Shown: piece by piece, positions 46,948 through 56,552 of the stretch
Layout: each line of letters starts with the position of its first letter
How positions within the stretch are numbered: position 1 is the stretch's first letter
NCBI GenBank assembly: GCA_030037395.1
Contig: JASHRJ010000036.1
Location: 25,690 to 89,689, forward strand
Origin: Thermoplasmata archaeon
GTDB taxonomy: Archaea > Thermoplasmatota > Thermoplasmata > Lutacidiplasmatales > UBA184
Direction: 5' to 3'
DNA: 64,000 bases
Made by a program: the position numbers and the translations under genes
The notes under the pieces: generated by a model
Told to the model about the DNA's origin: nothing
The model's database searches: none
What the model saw: the letters and a program-made list of their open reading frames with translations, nothing else

Positions 46948-47845
46948 GCTGACGATACCGGCGGAGGAGTGGATGTTCTCGGGGCACGCCGCCTGCCCGG
47001 GCTGCGGGCCGGCCCTGGCGATGCGCCTGCTGCTCAAGGGGCTCGGACCCCGCACGATCGTTTCGGTGCCGGCCTGCTGCTGGACCGTGATCGGGACCCC
47101 GTTCCCGACGACGGCGCTCCGCGTCGGCGTGCTCGACAACGCGATCGAGGCGACCGGCGCTTCGATCTCGGGGCTTCGGGCCGCCGCCGACGCCCTGGGC
47201 CTCGCCGACGTCACCGTCGTCGGCTTCGCGGGCGATGGAGGCACCGCGGACATCGGGCTCCAGGCGCTCAGCGGCATGCTCGAGCGCCGGACCGACGCGA
47301 TCTACGCGATGTACGACAACGAGGCGTACATGAACACGGGGGTCCAGCGGAGCGGGGCTACGCCGTGGGGGGCCTGGACCACCACGACCCCGGTGGGGCC
47401 CGCCGCCCGGGGCAAACCGGAGCCTAAGAAGGACGTCATGGGGATCGTGCTCGCCCATCGTCCGGTGTACGCGGCCACGCTGAGCCCGAGCTTTCCGGAA
47501 GACTTCGACCGGAAGGTGGAGCTCGCGAAGGGACTGCGAGGGCCACGGTTCCTCCACATCTTCGCGCCGTGCCCGCCCGGCTGGAGGTTCGACTCGGCGG
47601 AGACGATCGCCCTAGGCCGCCTTGCGACCGAGACCGGAGTGTTCCCGCTGTACGAGGTCCTGGACGGTCGGCTGCGCATCACCCGGAAGGTGAGCACCCT
47701 CCGACCGGTCTCCGACTACCTCGCGAAGCAGGGGCGCTTCCAGCACCTTACCCCGGAGGAGATCGCCCGGATCGAGGCCCAGGTCCGAACCGACTGGGAG
47801 CGACTCCTGGCCCGCGAGCGCGAGGACGGTCCGGCCCCCGCGTAG
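46940..47845 (+). CDS. porB: pyruvate:ferredoxin oxidoreductase beta subunit (TPP-binding)
   Basis: CPGCG, the GDGG TPP motif and a Cys cluster. GTG start overlapping the porA stop. Confidence 0.88.
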   Translation: MAKLTIPAEEWMFSGHAACPGCGPALAMRLLLKGLGPRTIVSVPACCWTVIGTPFPTTALRVGVLDNAIEATGASISGLRAAADALGLADVTVVGFAGDGGTADIGLQALSGMLERRTDAIYAMYDNEAYMNTGVQRSGATPWGAWTTTTPVGPAARGKPEPKKDVMGIVLAHRPVYAATLSPSFPEDFDRKVELAKGLRGPRFLHIFAPCPPGWRFDSAETIALGRLATETGVFPLYEVLDGRLRITRKVSTLRPVSDYLAKQGRFQHLTPEEIARIEAQVRTDWERLLAREREDGPAPA

Positions 47846-47902
47846 GCCCGCCCGGAGCGGCTGCGGCGGGGAGGGGCGATCCGGCGGGGGTCCCCCCCGG
47901 CC

Positions 47903-48967
47903 CTAGGTCCGACGGAGGAACCCGCGCGTGCCGGGGTATCGGTGCGGGCGTAGGGCTCTCCTCGGGCGGCCCCCCTCGCCGGCGGGCGGGAGTCCGCCGG
48001 AGCTCCGATACCCTTCGCCGGAGAGCTCGAGCAGCGTGAGCGCCGCCAGGACGAGGGCGAGGCCGGCGAGCTCGGGGACGCGGAACGCCTCCCCGAACGC
48101 GACGACCCCGGCGGCCAGCGCTACCACCGGGTTGACGAACGTCACGAGGTTCGCGGAGACGGGGCCGGACCGTCGGATCATCTCGAAGAAGAGCCCGTAG
48201 CCGAGCGCCATCGAGGCGAGACCGACATACAGCACGGACCCCACGACCGCGAGGCCGACAGGGGCCCGGATCGGGACGATCCCAAGGGCGCCGGCGGTCG
48301 CGACCGTCACCAGCGAGACGGCGCCCGCGCCGGCGAACTGGCACGTCTGGCCCCAGCGCCCCTCCCCCGCCGGCCGAAGCCGGCCGACCAGCACGGCACC
48401 GGTTCCCTGGCAGACCGCTCCGAGCGCGAACGCCCCGAGCACCCACGGGTCGGAGACCGGGCCTCCGCCCCCGGCGCCCACGCTGAGCGCCAGGACGCCC
48501 CCCAGGCCCGCGGCGAGGGCGGCGATCTGGGCGGCGCGAGGGGGACCCCCGTGCCGAAGCAGGAGGAGCCAGCCGAAGCTGATCGCGGGCGAGGTCGCGT
48601 ACACGATCGATGCCGCGCCGCCGGTGGCGAGCCGCTCCCCCCAGAACAGCGGGAGGTTGATCCCGCCGATCATCAGCGCCCCCAACGCGGCGGAGACGGC
48701 CAGACGGCGGGCCGGCGGGCGCGCCTCGCGGGAGGTCACGGCGAACGGGAGGGAGACGGCGGCCGCCAAGAGCCCGTCCAGGGCGACGAGGAGGAACGGG
48801 TCCGTGCCCGAGACGATCCCGAGCCGGGCGATCGGGAAGGTAAGCCCCCAGACGACCCCCAGCGTCCCGAGGAGACCCAGGCGGACCGCCCGCCCCCGGA
48901 CCGTCGTCGCGGCGACCGCGCCCACGCACCGGTTCCGGCGTCGGCACCACTTCAGCGCTCGGTACAC
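47903..48967 (-). CDS. EamA/DMT-family transporter
   Basis: Ten hydrophobic helices in two EamA-like halves. Confidence 0.7.
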   Translation of the reverse strand: MYRALKWCRRRNRCVGAVAATTVRGRAVRLGLLGTLGVVWGLTFPIARLGIVSGTDPFLLVALDGLLAAAVSLPFAVTSREARPPARRLAVSAALGALMIGGINLPLFWGERLATGGAASIVYATSPAISFGWLLLLRHGGPPRAAQIAALAAGLGGVLALSVGAGGGGPVSDPWVLGAFALGAVCQGTGAVLVGRLRPAGEGRWGQTCQFAGAGAVSLVTVATAGALGIVPIRAPVGLAVVGSVLYVGLASMALGYGLFFEMIRRSGPVSANLVTFVNPVVALAAGVVAFGEAFRVPELAGLALVLAALTLLELSGEGYRSSGGLPPAGEGGRPRRALRPHRYPGTRGFLRRT

Positions 48968-49021
48968 CGGGGTTGACCCGCCACCGCGGCCGCACCCGCC
49001 GCCGCGGCGGCGCCCGCCGCC

Positions 49022-49759
49022 CTACCGAAGGAGGCGTAGGCGTTCGAGCCCCTCGCTGGCGGCCGCGAACGACCGCGCGGAGTACCGGCCAAGCCGCTCG
49101 GCCCGGTCGCGGTCGAGCAGAAGGGCCGGATGCCTCCAGTGGAGCGCCACCTCCGCGCCGGGCCGGAGCCCCGGGAGGATCCTCGGGTCGTACGGCAGCG
49201 TCTCGACGCGGCGGCCGGTGAGTACCAACCGGCCGCCGTCGAGCGACAGCTCCGGGTGCTCCACGTCGAGCGTCCCGGCCTGGACGCGAGAGACGGAGGC
49301 CCGCGCGGGCCGGCACTGCTCCATGTTCGCCAGGGTCGTTGCCACGTGGCCGGTCACCTCGCCCACCCCGACGAAGCTGACGTGGAAGGCATGGTGCGGA
49401 ATCGGATCGGACGGAAGGTGGGCCGCGAGACGCTCGGCGGTGGCGCGCGGAAGGCCGCGCCGGCTCAGGGCGGCGAGGATCGCCCGGAAGTCGTCGGGGG
49501 CGAACGCGTCCAGGAGCCGGTTCCCGATCCAGTACGCCTCGACGACCTGCCGGTCGAACGGGTCGAGATCGTGCTTCGCACCGATCGCCTCTAGGTAGGG
49601 GAACAGCGCTTCGAACCGCTCGAGCGCCGCGCGGGCCGGCCCGAGGTCGGTTCCCTCCGTGATCGCCCGGTAGAGCGTCGGCTCGGCGTCGGCCGGACCG
49701 CAGAAGTTGAGCCGGTTGGTCGCGAGGCTGAACCGTGCGCCGAGCGCGACCCCGTCCAT
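49022..49759 (-). CDS. hypothetical conserved protein (245 aa)
   Basis: Protein-like composition, no motif recognised. Tightly packed between two EamA genes, with a 2-nt gap to the upstream gene. Confidence 0.5.
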   Translation of the reverse strand: MDGVALGARFSLATNRLNFCGPADAEPTLYRAITEGTDLGPARAALERFEALFPYLEAIGAKHDLDPFDRQVVEAYWIGNRLLDAFAPDDFRAILAALSRRGLPRATAERLAAHLPSDPIPHHAFHVSFVGVGEVTGHVATTLANMEQCRPARASVSRVQAGTLDVEHPELSLDGGRLVLTGRRVETLPYDPRILPGLRPGAEVALHWRHPALLLDRDRAERLGRYSARSFAAASEGLERLRLLR

Positions 49760-49760
49760 C

Positions 49761-50720
49761 TCAGGCAGCCGACGCGGTTGGGCGCACGAGGCGTGCCAAT
49801 AGCTCCCAGGTGTCCTGGAGCTGCGCGAGCCCGATCACCACGCCGACGCCGGCGACCACCGCGAGGGCGCCGAGCGCCTGCGCGATCGTCAAGCCATGCC
49901 CCTGGACCCAGAGCCCGAGCGCGGAGGTCACCGGGAACCCGAGGACAAGGGCCGCGGTCGCCACGCTCAGGTCGACCCGCTTGAGGCCAGCGTACCAGGT
50001 CGCCACGAACGCCGCCAGGAGGGCCGCGCTGATCGCGATCCAGGTCCAGTCCGCAGGGGAGAAGGCGGCGACGGCCCCCCCCTGCGAGGTGAGCCCGAGG
50101 TAAGCGAGGAGGAACACGGCGCCGAAGCCCATCCGGCCGAGCGCGACCGTCGCCGACGGCAGGTCCCGGAGGGTGGCCTTCGAGATCGTGTACTCGACGG
50201 CCCAGAGACCGGTCGCGGCGAGGACGTAGGCGGTGCCGTCGGTCCAGATCGGGCCGGTAAGCGTCAGGAGGAAGGCGTTCCCCGCGAGGAGCAGCGCCGC
50301 CCCGATCACCACGCGCCCGTGGAGCCGTTCTCGGAGGACGACGAACCCGAGCACCGTGGCCCAGAGGAAGAGGGTCCGGTAGCCGAACGCGGCGCCGGTG
50401 GCGCCGCCAGCCGCGGTGGCGAGCTGCAGCCCCCGGAAGAACAAGAGGAACGGGATCCCGCCCCCGACCACGCCGATCACCCCGAGCCGGAGCCAGTCCT
50501 GGCGCCGGAGCGCCGGCGAGCGGAGGTGGCGGGCGGCCACGAGCGCGACCGGGACGAAGGCGGCGGCGACGACCGCGTTGCGCACCGTCACGAACGCGTC
50601 CGAGCTGGTGCCGACGACCGCGTAGGCGTTGACGAACGTGGAGACGCCGCTGATCACGGCGGTGACGAGCACCAGGAGGATGCCCGCGCCGACCCACGAG
50701 GCGCCCGACGTCTCGGCCAC
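49761..50720 (-). CDS. EamA/DMT-family transporter
   Basis: Ten hydrophobic helices. Its start lies 5 nt downstream of the hypC stop. Confidence 0.7.
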   Translation of the reverse strand: MAETSGASWVGAGILLVLVTAVISGVSTFVNAYAVVGTSSDAFVTVRNAVVAAAFVPVALVAARHLRSPALRRQDWLRLGVIGVVGGGIPFLLFFRGLQLATAAGGATGAAFGYRTLFLWATVLGFVVLRERLHGRVVIGAALLLAGNAFLLTLTGPIWTDGTAYVLAATGLWAVEYTISKATLRDLPSATVALGRMGFGAVFLLAYLGLTSQGGAVAAFSPADWTWIAISAALLAAFVATWYAGLKRVDLSVATAALVLGFPVTSALGLWVQGHGLTIAQALGALAVVAGVGVVIGLAQLQDTWELLARLVRPTASAA

Positions 50721-50724
50721 CGGC

Positions 50725-50997
50725 TCACCGTCCGCGGGCGGTCGGTACGGCGGCCGCGGGCTGCCGGGCGAGCTCCGACAGCTCGGCGTGGAGCGCGACC
50801 GCCTCCCGGGCTTCCTCCGGCTCGAGCCGGCGGAGGGCGATCCCCGCCTGCACCGTCACGTAATCTCCGACGGCGACCTCGGGAAGGAACACCAGGTTGG
50901 CCGGTCGCACGACCTGTCCAAAGTCAACGCGCGCCACGCGCGGGCCATCGGAGGACGTCTCGATCGCTACGATCCGTCCGGGCACGGTGAGGCACAT
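50725..50997 (-). CDS. hypC: hydrogenase assembly chaperone HypC/HupF
   Basis: MCLTVPGRIVAI...VDFGQVVR...GDYVTVQAGIAL. The essential N-terminal Cys2 is present. 90 aa. Confidence 0.85.
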   Translation of the reverse strand: MCLTVPGRIVAIETSSDGPRVARVDFGQVVRPANLVFLPEVAVGDYVTVQAGIALRRLEPEEAREAVALHAELSELARQPAAAVPTARGR

Positions 50998-51054
50998 GAG
51001 AACGTCGCTCCCTTCGGACCGTCCCTCGGCGGGCTCCGGACGCGGCCGCGCCTC

Positions 51055-51378
51055 TTAACTCCCCCGTGAAACCGGCCTGCCTTGCGACGGGGGCCCGCCC
51101 TCTCGCGAGGGGGCCTCCTCGTCGGTCTCGACGCTCTCGAGCACCACCCCGGCGGCCCGGGGATCGGCCGCGTCCGTGGAGAGCCGGACCGTGAGCCGCG
51201 CCCCGGCGGCGATCGAGCCGGCCGTCGCGAGCTCCCACCGGCCCCGCAGCCAGGAAGGGGAGAGGTGCGAGAGCGCGCCGATCCACACCGAGACCCCGGT
51301 CACGCGACGGGCCCCGTGACGGCGGGCGACCTCGTCGATCTTTCGGAGGAGGTCCCGAAGCAACGCCTCCTCGTGCAT
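51055..51378 (-). CDS. hypA: HypA-like hydrogenase nickel-insertion protein lacking the zinc-finger
   Basis: The N-terminal MHE Ni-binding motif is present, as is the HypA pattern VSVWIGALSHLSPSWLRGRWELATAGSIAAGARL. There is no CxxC...CxxC zinc-binding segment. Confidence 0.65.
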   Translation of the reverse strand: MHEEALLRDLLRKIDEVARRHGARRVTGVSVWIGALSHLSPSWLRGRWELATAGSIAAGARLTVRLSTDAADPRAAGVVLESVETDEEAPSREGGPPSQGRPVSRGS

Positions 51379-51390
51379 CGCCGGCGTCCG

Positions 51391-51873
51391 TCAGGGGCTC
51401 GCGCGGTCGGCCAGGGCGAGGAGCACCGCCTGCACGGCGACGCCGAGGGCTCGAGCCACCGGGACGGAGAGCCCGTCCCGCAGGCCGAGGTCGTCGGCCT
51501 CGACCCCGACCACGGTCAGATGTCGCGGCATGCGTCCGACCGCCCGGCCCAGCGCCACCGCCTCCCGGAGCGAGAGCCCATGGGTGGAGGTGATCGCCGG
51601 GCCCTCGGGCAGGTCCGAGCTGCCGAGCTCTACGCGCCGCACCGTCCCCGGCGGCGACCCCGAGCGCACCGCGTCGACCACGACCACCGTCTCGCGGCCC
51701 ACCCAGAGATCGAGGAGCCCGCTCGCGTCGCCCGGCGCCTCTGCGACGTCAAACTCCCCCCGGGCTCGCGGGCGAAGGGCCCGGGCCACGTCCAGCCCGA
51801 TCCGATCGTCGCCCCGGTGCTCGGCCCCGAGGCCGATCACGAGCGCTCGCGGAGCCGGCGTCGTACCGACCAT
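51391..51873 (-). CDS. hydrogenase maturation endopeptidase (HycI/HybD family)
   Basis: LVIGLGAEHRGDDRIG...VVVVDAV matches the protease family pattern. Confidence 0.8.
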   Translation of the reverse strand: MVGTTPAPRALVIGLGAEHRGDDRIGLDVARALRPRARGEFDVAEAPGDASGLLDLWVGRETVVVVDAVRSGSPPGTVRRVELGSSDLPEGPAITSTHGLSLREAVALGRAVGRMPRHLTVVGVEADDLGLRDGLSVPVARALGVAVQAVLLALADRASP

Positions 51874-51880
51874 CGGGAGC

Positions 51881-53176
51881 CTACGACCGCTCGAGGTCGA
51901 GGCGGAGGAAGTGCGTCGCGCAGGAGATGCACGGATCGTGGTTGCGGATCGCGCGCTCGCACGCCGAGGTGAGCGCCGCCTCGTCCAGCCGGAGCGAACG
52001 CTCGACCAGGTGGCGCAGGTCGTCCTCGATCCGGCCTTGGTTCTGGGAGGTCGGCGCGACGATCCTCGCCTCGCCGATCGCCCCGCCGGCGTCGAGGCGA
52101 TAGCGGTGGTACAGCATTCCCCGGGGCGCTTCCGTGATCGCGCAGCCGCTCGCGGCCGGGAGAGGGTCGGGCGGCGGGGTGGAGGGGGGATCCGGCGGTC
52201 GGTAGCCGTCCACGAGGCGCAGCGCCTCCTCGCAGGCGAGCACCACCTCGACCGCGCGCACGACGATGCTGCGGTACGGGTTGCGGACCGGCCGCTCGAG
52301 CCCCGCCGCTTCCGCCGCGGCGCGCGCCCGGGGGGTGAGGCGGTCGGCGTTCAGCGCGTAGCGGGCGAGGGGCCCGACCAGGTACGATCCTCCGCCCTTG
52401 CGAACGGCGTGGAGGGCGTTGGAGTACGGCGCTTGCACCTCCTCGAACTCCTGCTCGAAGGAGGCGACCGGGATCCGGAGCCCCCGGCTCGAGACGACCT
52501 CCCCCTCGTTCATCGGATACTCCCGGTCCGAACGGAGCGCGACGAACTCGTAGTCCTCCTCCAGGTCGGGGAACGTCAGCCCGGCGGCGAAGGCGACGGT
52601 CTCCTCCGCGAGGCCGAGCGCCTCCTGCAGCTCGGGCCGGAGGGCGAGGAGCTCGTCGGGCGTCGGGGCCCGGTAGAACCCTCCTACGCGCACGTTGATG
52701 GGATGGACCTCCCGCCCCCCGACGACGGACATCAGCCGGTTGCCGGCCCTCTTCAGCGCCAGACCCCGGCGGACCGCCTCCGGGTGGTCCTTGGCCAGGC
52801 GCACGGCGTCCGGATAGCCGAGGAAGTCCGGGGCATGCAGGAGGTAGATGTGGAGCGCGTGGCTTTCGATCCACTCGCCGCAGTAGAGCAATCGACGCAG
52901 CGCGCGGGTCGGCGCGTCGACCCCGATTCCGTACGCGTTCTCGATCGCGTGGCAGGAGCTCATCTGGTAAGCGACCGGGCAGATCCCGCAGATGCGGGCG
53001 GTGATGTCCGGTGCCTCGGCGTACGACCGGCCGCGGAGGAACGCCTCGAAGAACCGGGGCGGCTCAAAGATCCGCAGCTGCACCTCCTCGACCCGGTCGT
53101 CCCGGATGCGGACCTTGAGGGCTCCCTCGCCCTCGACCCGGGCGAGGTAGTCGACGGCGATCGTCCGTTCCGGCAT
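51881..53176 (-). CDS. hydA: [NiFe]-hydrogenase large subunit, group 3b (sulfhydrogenase alpha)
   Basis: The N-terminal [10 protein letters not shown] and C-terminal DPCISCATH Ni-Fe ligand motifs are both present. 431 aa. Confidence 0.92.
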   Translation of the reverse strand: MPERTIAVDYLARVEGEGALKVRIRDDRVEEVQLRIFEPPRFFEAFLRGRSYAEAPDITARICGICPVAYQMSSCHAIENAYGIGVDAPTRALRRLLYCGEWIESHALHIYLLHAPDFLGYPDAVRLAKDHPEAVRRGLALKRAGNRLMSVVGGREVHPINVRVGGFYRAPTPDELLALRPELQEALGLAEETVAFAAGLTFPDLEEDYEFVALRSDREYPMNEGEVVSSRGLRIPVASFEQEFEEVQAPYSNALHAVRKGGGSYLVGPLARYALNADRLTPRARAAAEAAGLERPVRNPYRSIVVRAVEVVLACEEALRLVDGYRPPDPPSTPPPDPLPAASGCAITEAPRGMLYHRYRLDAGGAIGEARIVAPTSQNQGRIEDDLRHLVERSLRLDEAALTSACERAIRNHDPCISCATHFLRLDLERS

Positions 53177-53971
53177 CTATTTCGTCTCGGCGGCCCCGCC
53201 CGCCGCCTCCGCCGCCTGGCGGAACGCCGGCGCGAGCGCGTTGAAGGTGCGGAAGATCTGGGCCTGGCGCGCCGGCGCGACGCCGAGGGCGTCCAAGTGC
53301 GTGAGCATCGACGGGACGTTCGGGCTTCCCTGCGGGCCGAAGCAGCCGTAGCAGCCGCGGTGGTACGCCGGACAGATCGCCCCGCAGCCGGCCTGCGTCA
53401 CCGGGCCGAGGCACGGCGTGCCCCGCGCGACGACGACGCAGACGTTCCCCCGACGCTTGCACTCGATGCACACGCTTTCGCTCGGCAGGTTCGGCGCCCG
53501 CCCCCCGAGGAAGGCGCTCAGCACCTCGAGGAGCTGCCCCTTGGAGATCGGGCAGCCCCGGAGCTCGAAGTCGACCGGGACGTGGGCGGCGATCGGCGTG
53601 GAGGTCGCCAGGCTCTGGATGTACTCGGGCCGCGCGTACACCGCCTTACGGAACTCGTCGACATCCCCGAAGTTCTTCAGCGCCTGGATCCCGCCGGCCG
53701 TCGCGCACGCCCCGATCGTCACCAGGACCCGGGACTGCGCACGGACCTCCTTGATCCGGCGGGCGTCCTCCGCGGTCGTGACCGACCCCTCGACCAGCGA
53801 GAGGTCGTACGGGCCGTCGGCCACCGCGCTCGACGCCTCGCGGAAATTCGCGATGTCGACCTTTTCGGCGAGCGCCAGCAGCTCGTCCTCACAGTCCAGG
53901 ACCGACAGCTGGCAGCCGTCGCACGACGCGAACTTCCAGACGGCGAGCCGAGGCCGGGCGACGGGCGCCAT
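53177..53971 (-). CDS. hydD: [NiFe]-hydrogenase small subunit (sulfhydrogenase delta)
   Basis: Starts at [23 protein letters not shown]... with FeS cluster Cys ligands. Its ATG at 53971 overlaps the hydG stop. Confidence 0.85.
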   Translation of the reverse strand: MAPVARPRLAVWKFASCDGCQLSVLDCEDELLALAEKVDIANFREASSAVADGPYDLSLVEGSVTTAEDARRIKEVRAQSRVLVTIGACATAGGIQALKNFGDVDEFRKAVYARPEYIQSLATSTPIAAHVPVDFELRGCPISKGQLLEVLSAFLGGRAPNLPSESVCIECKRRGNVCVVVARGTPCLGPVTQAGCGAICPAYHRGCYGCFGPQGSPNVPSMLTHLDALGVAPARQAQIFRTFNALAPAFRQAAEAAGGAAETK

Positions 53972-53973
53972 CG

Positions 53974-54840
53974 CTACAGCTCCCGGAGCGGCAACAGCTT
54001 GGCGAGCGACGAGTACGGGAGGACGGGCCCATCCCGGCAGACGAACGAAGGCCCGTACTGGCAGTGCCCGCAGAGCCCGATCGCGCACTTCATGTTCCGC
54101 TCCATCGAGACCCACGTCGCTTCCGGCGCGACGCCGCGCGCCACCAGCGCCTGCGCCGTGAGCCGCATCATGATCTCGGGGCCGCAGACGAAGGCGGTCG
54201 TCCGGGACGGCTCGAACCGGGCGTCCGGCAGCCGGGTCGTGACGACCCCTACGTCGCCGTACCACTCTCGGCCGGCGGCGTCGACGGTGACCTGGAGCCG
54301 GAGGTCGCGGCGACGCCTCCATCCCTGGATCTCCTCGTAGTAGACGAGGTCCTTCGGCGTACGCGCCCCGTAGACGATCTCGAGCCGCCCGTACGCTTCG
54401 CGCTGCTGAAGGAGCCGGTAGATCGCCGGTCTCAACGGCGGCAGGCCGAGCCCCCCCGCGACGACGACAATGTCCCGGTCCCGGGCCTCCGCGACCGGCC
54501 AGCCGTGACCGTAGGGCCCCCGGACCCCGACCGTGTCGCCCGGCGTGAGGCGGGTTAGGGCGGCGGTGACCCGACCGACGTTCCGGACGGTGTGGACCAG
54601 CAGGCCGTCCGGACCGGTCCCGGCGACGCCGATCGGCGACTCGCCGATCCCGAAGGCGTACAACATCACGAACTGCCCGGGCTGCGGCGGCCCGATGCGC
54701 CGGGAGCCCCGGGGCTCGACCGTCAGGGTCACCGTGTCCGGGGTCTCGGCCGCGACCGCCCGGACCGCGTACGGGATCGGAGCGAACGGGTGGCCCTCGT
54801 CCGCGGGGTCCGCCGGCTCGGGAGGGGGCTCAGCGAGCAT
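53974..54840 (-). CDS. hydG: sulfhydrogenase gamma subunit (FAD/NAD(P)-binding, 2Fe-2S; PyrK/AsrB-like)
   Basis: FNR-like fold with [12 protein letters not shown]. The C-terminal cluster is [21 protein letters not shown]. Confidence 0.82.
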   Translation of the reverse strand: MLAEPPPEPADPADEGHPFAPIPYAVRAVAAETPDTVTLTVEPRGSRRIGPPQPGQFVMLYAFGIGESPIGVAGTGPDGLLVHTVRNVGRVTAALTRLTPGDTVGVRGPYGHGWPVAEARDRDIVVVAGGLGLPPLRPAIYRLLQQREAYGRLEIVYGARTPKDLVYYEEIQGWRRRRDLRLQVTVDAAGREWYGDVGVVTTRLPDARFEPSRTTAFVCGPEIMMRLTAQALVARGVAPEATWVSMERNMKCAIGLCGHCQYGPSFVCRDGPVLPYSSLAKLLPLREL

Positions 54841-55300
54841 GGAGATCGAGCAACTGGACGCGGGTGTTCTCGAGCCGGTCGGCGAGGACGGGCATGAAGC
54901 GGACGAGGAACAGGTAGCCCCAGGTCGGGTGGTGGGCGAGCGTCCGGCGGACGACCTCCCCCTGGAGGACAAGGGTCCGGGTCGCCTTGACCGCGCGGGC
55001 GTCGAAGCGCCAGCGATGCGGCGGGACCAACCACGACCATCCGAGGACCTCCCCAGCCCCGACCGTCTCGACCGTCAGGTGGGGCTGGTCCGCCGACCCG
55101 ATTTCGAGCGCGACCTTCCCGTCCGTTACGAGGTAGAACACCTCGGCCGGTGTCCCTTCGGTGGCGAGGCGTTCGTCGACCGCGAACCGGCGCTCGGTGG
55201 CCTGCTCCGCCACGGCGTGGACGAAGGCGGCGTCGAGCCCGCGGAACAGCGGGTGCTCCCCGATCGCCCGGACGACCTCGGGATCCGGCGCCGCGGTCAC
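54830..55300 (-). CDS. cyclic-nucleotide-binding (CAP-effector) domain protein, no DNA-binding domain
   Basis: HPLFRGLDAAFVHAVA...FAVDERLATEGTPAEVFYLVTDGKVAL...GAGEVLGW...RFDARAVKATRTLVL matches the cNMP-binding fold. GTG start overlaps the hydB stop, and its own stop overlaps hydG. Confidence 0.7.
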   Translation of the reverse strand: MTAAPDPEVVRAIGEHPLFRGLDAAFVHAVAEQATERRFAVDERLATEGTPAEVFYLVTDGKVALEIGSADQPHLTVETVGAGEVLGWSWLVPPHRWRFDARAVKATRTLVLQGEVVRRTLAHHPTWGYLFLVRFMPVLADRLENTRVQLLDLHAR

Positions 55301-56454
55301 GGCTTCCCCTCCTTGCCGGCCGGCGGGGCCGGCGTGCGGAGGACCGCGATCTCCTCCGTGAGGTCGATCCCGACGGGGCACCAGGTGATGCAGCGTCCGC
55401 AGCCGATGCAGCCGGACATGCCGAACTGGTCGTGCCAGGTCCCGAGCTTGTGCGTCAGCCACTGGCGGTAACGCGACAGGCCACTCTTGCGGACCGGGGC
55501 GCCGTGGAGCTCGGTGAACCCGAGGTTGAAGCAGGAGTCCCATCGGCGCCAGCGCTCGACCTTCGTCCCCTCGAGGTCCGGGACCTCCTCGTGGGTGCTG
55601 CAGAAGCACGTCGGGCAGACCATCGTGCAGTTGGTGCAGGACAGGCACCGGGCGGCCACGATCTCCCACCGGGGGTGCTCGAGAGTCTCGCGGAGGAGCT
55701 CGGGGACCCCGCCAGGGTCCAGGCTTCGGTGCATCGAGCCGGCCGCCCGCGCGACGGTCGCCTCCGCCTGCCCCAGGTCGTCGGGGCTCGGGGCGCGGCC
55801 CGCCCCGCGGAGGCAGCGGAGCACGTCGGCGCCCGCCTCGGTCGAGGCCTGCAGCAAGAACCGGTGCGGCCCGGGCGCGAGGAGCTCGGTCAGGACGAGG
55901 TCCGCCCCGCCGCGCACGGCCGGGCCGGTCCCCATCGAAACACAGAAGCAGGTCCCACCGGCCTGGCCGCACTGGACGGCGATCCGCAGGATCCGCGCCC
56001 GCCGCGCCCGGTATCCCGGGTCGGAGACCGGACCTCCCGTGAACACCTTGTCGGTCACCGCGAGCCCGGCGAGCTCGCAGGCCCGCATGCCCAGCAACGC
56101 GAGCCGCGGACCCTCGGTCGGCTCGGGCTCGACGCGGAACGAGACGCCGTCGCGGGTCGCCGTCCACAGCCGTTCCCGCGCAGGAAACAGGAACTTCTTC
56201 CAGGTGAACGGGCCGACGTTATAACCGAAGAGCGCGCGGTCGCCCCGCGGCTCGAGGCGGTACCGTCCCGCCTCCTGCCGGTCCGTCCACCCTATCGGCA
56301 GGTCGTCGACCGACCGGAGGCGATCGTAGACGATCGCCCCATCCCGGACGGTGGGGCCCACGATCTCGTAGCCGCTCTCGCCCAGGGCCTCGAAAAGTTG
56401 GGGGAACTCCTCGCGCGACAGGACCCGGGATGACGCCGGCTCCAGCTCGGACAC
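55297..56454 (-). CDS. hydB: sulfhydrogenase beta subunit (4Fe-4S; anaerobic sulfite reductase AsrA-like)
   Basis: Cys clusters CGQAGGTCFCVSMG, CLSCTNCTMVCPTCFC and CIGCGRCITWCP. 385 aa. Confidence 0.82.
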   Translation of the reverse strand: MSELEPASSRVLSREEFPQLFEALGESGYEIVGPTVRDGAIVYDRLRSVDDLPIGWTDRQEAGRYRLEPRGDRALFGYNVGPFTWKKFLFPARERLWTATRDGVSFRVEPEPTEGPRLALLGMRACELAGLAVTDKVFTGGPVSDPGYRARRARILRIAVQCGQAGGTCFCVSMGTGPAVRGGADLVLTELLAPGPHRFLLQASTEAGADVLRCLRGAGRAPSPDDLGQAEATVARAAGSMHRSLDPGGVPELLRETLEHPRWEIVAARCLSCTNCTMVCPTCFCSTHEEVPDLEGTKVERWRRWDSCFNLGFTELHGAPVRKSGLSRYRQWLTHKLGTWHDQFGMSGCIGCGRCITWCPVGIDLTEEIAVLRTPAPPAGKEGKP

Positions 56455-56552
56455 GTGAGCGCTCCGCGGCCGTAGGAGCGAGGGGAGCGCTCGCTATGGC
56501 CTTGTTGGTGAAGCGAACTCCACGGGGCGGACCCGGGCGGCTTCGCCCCGCG

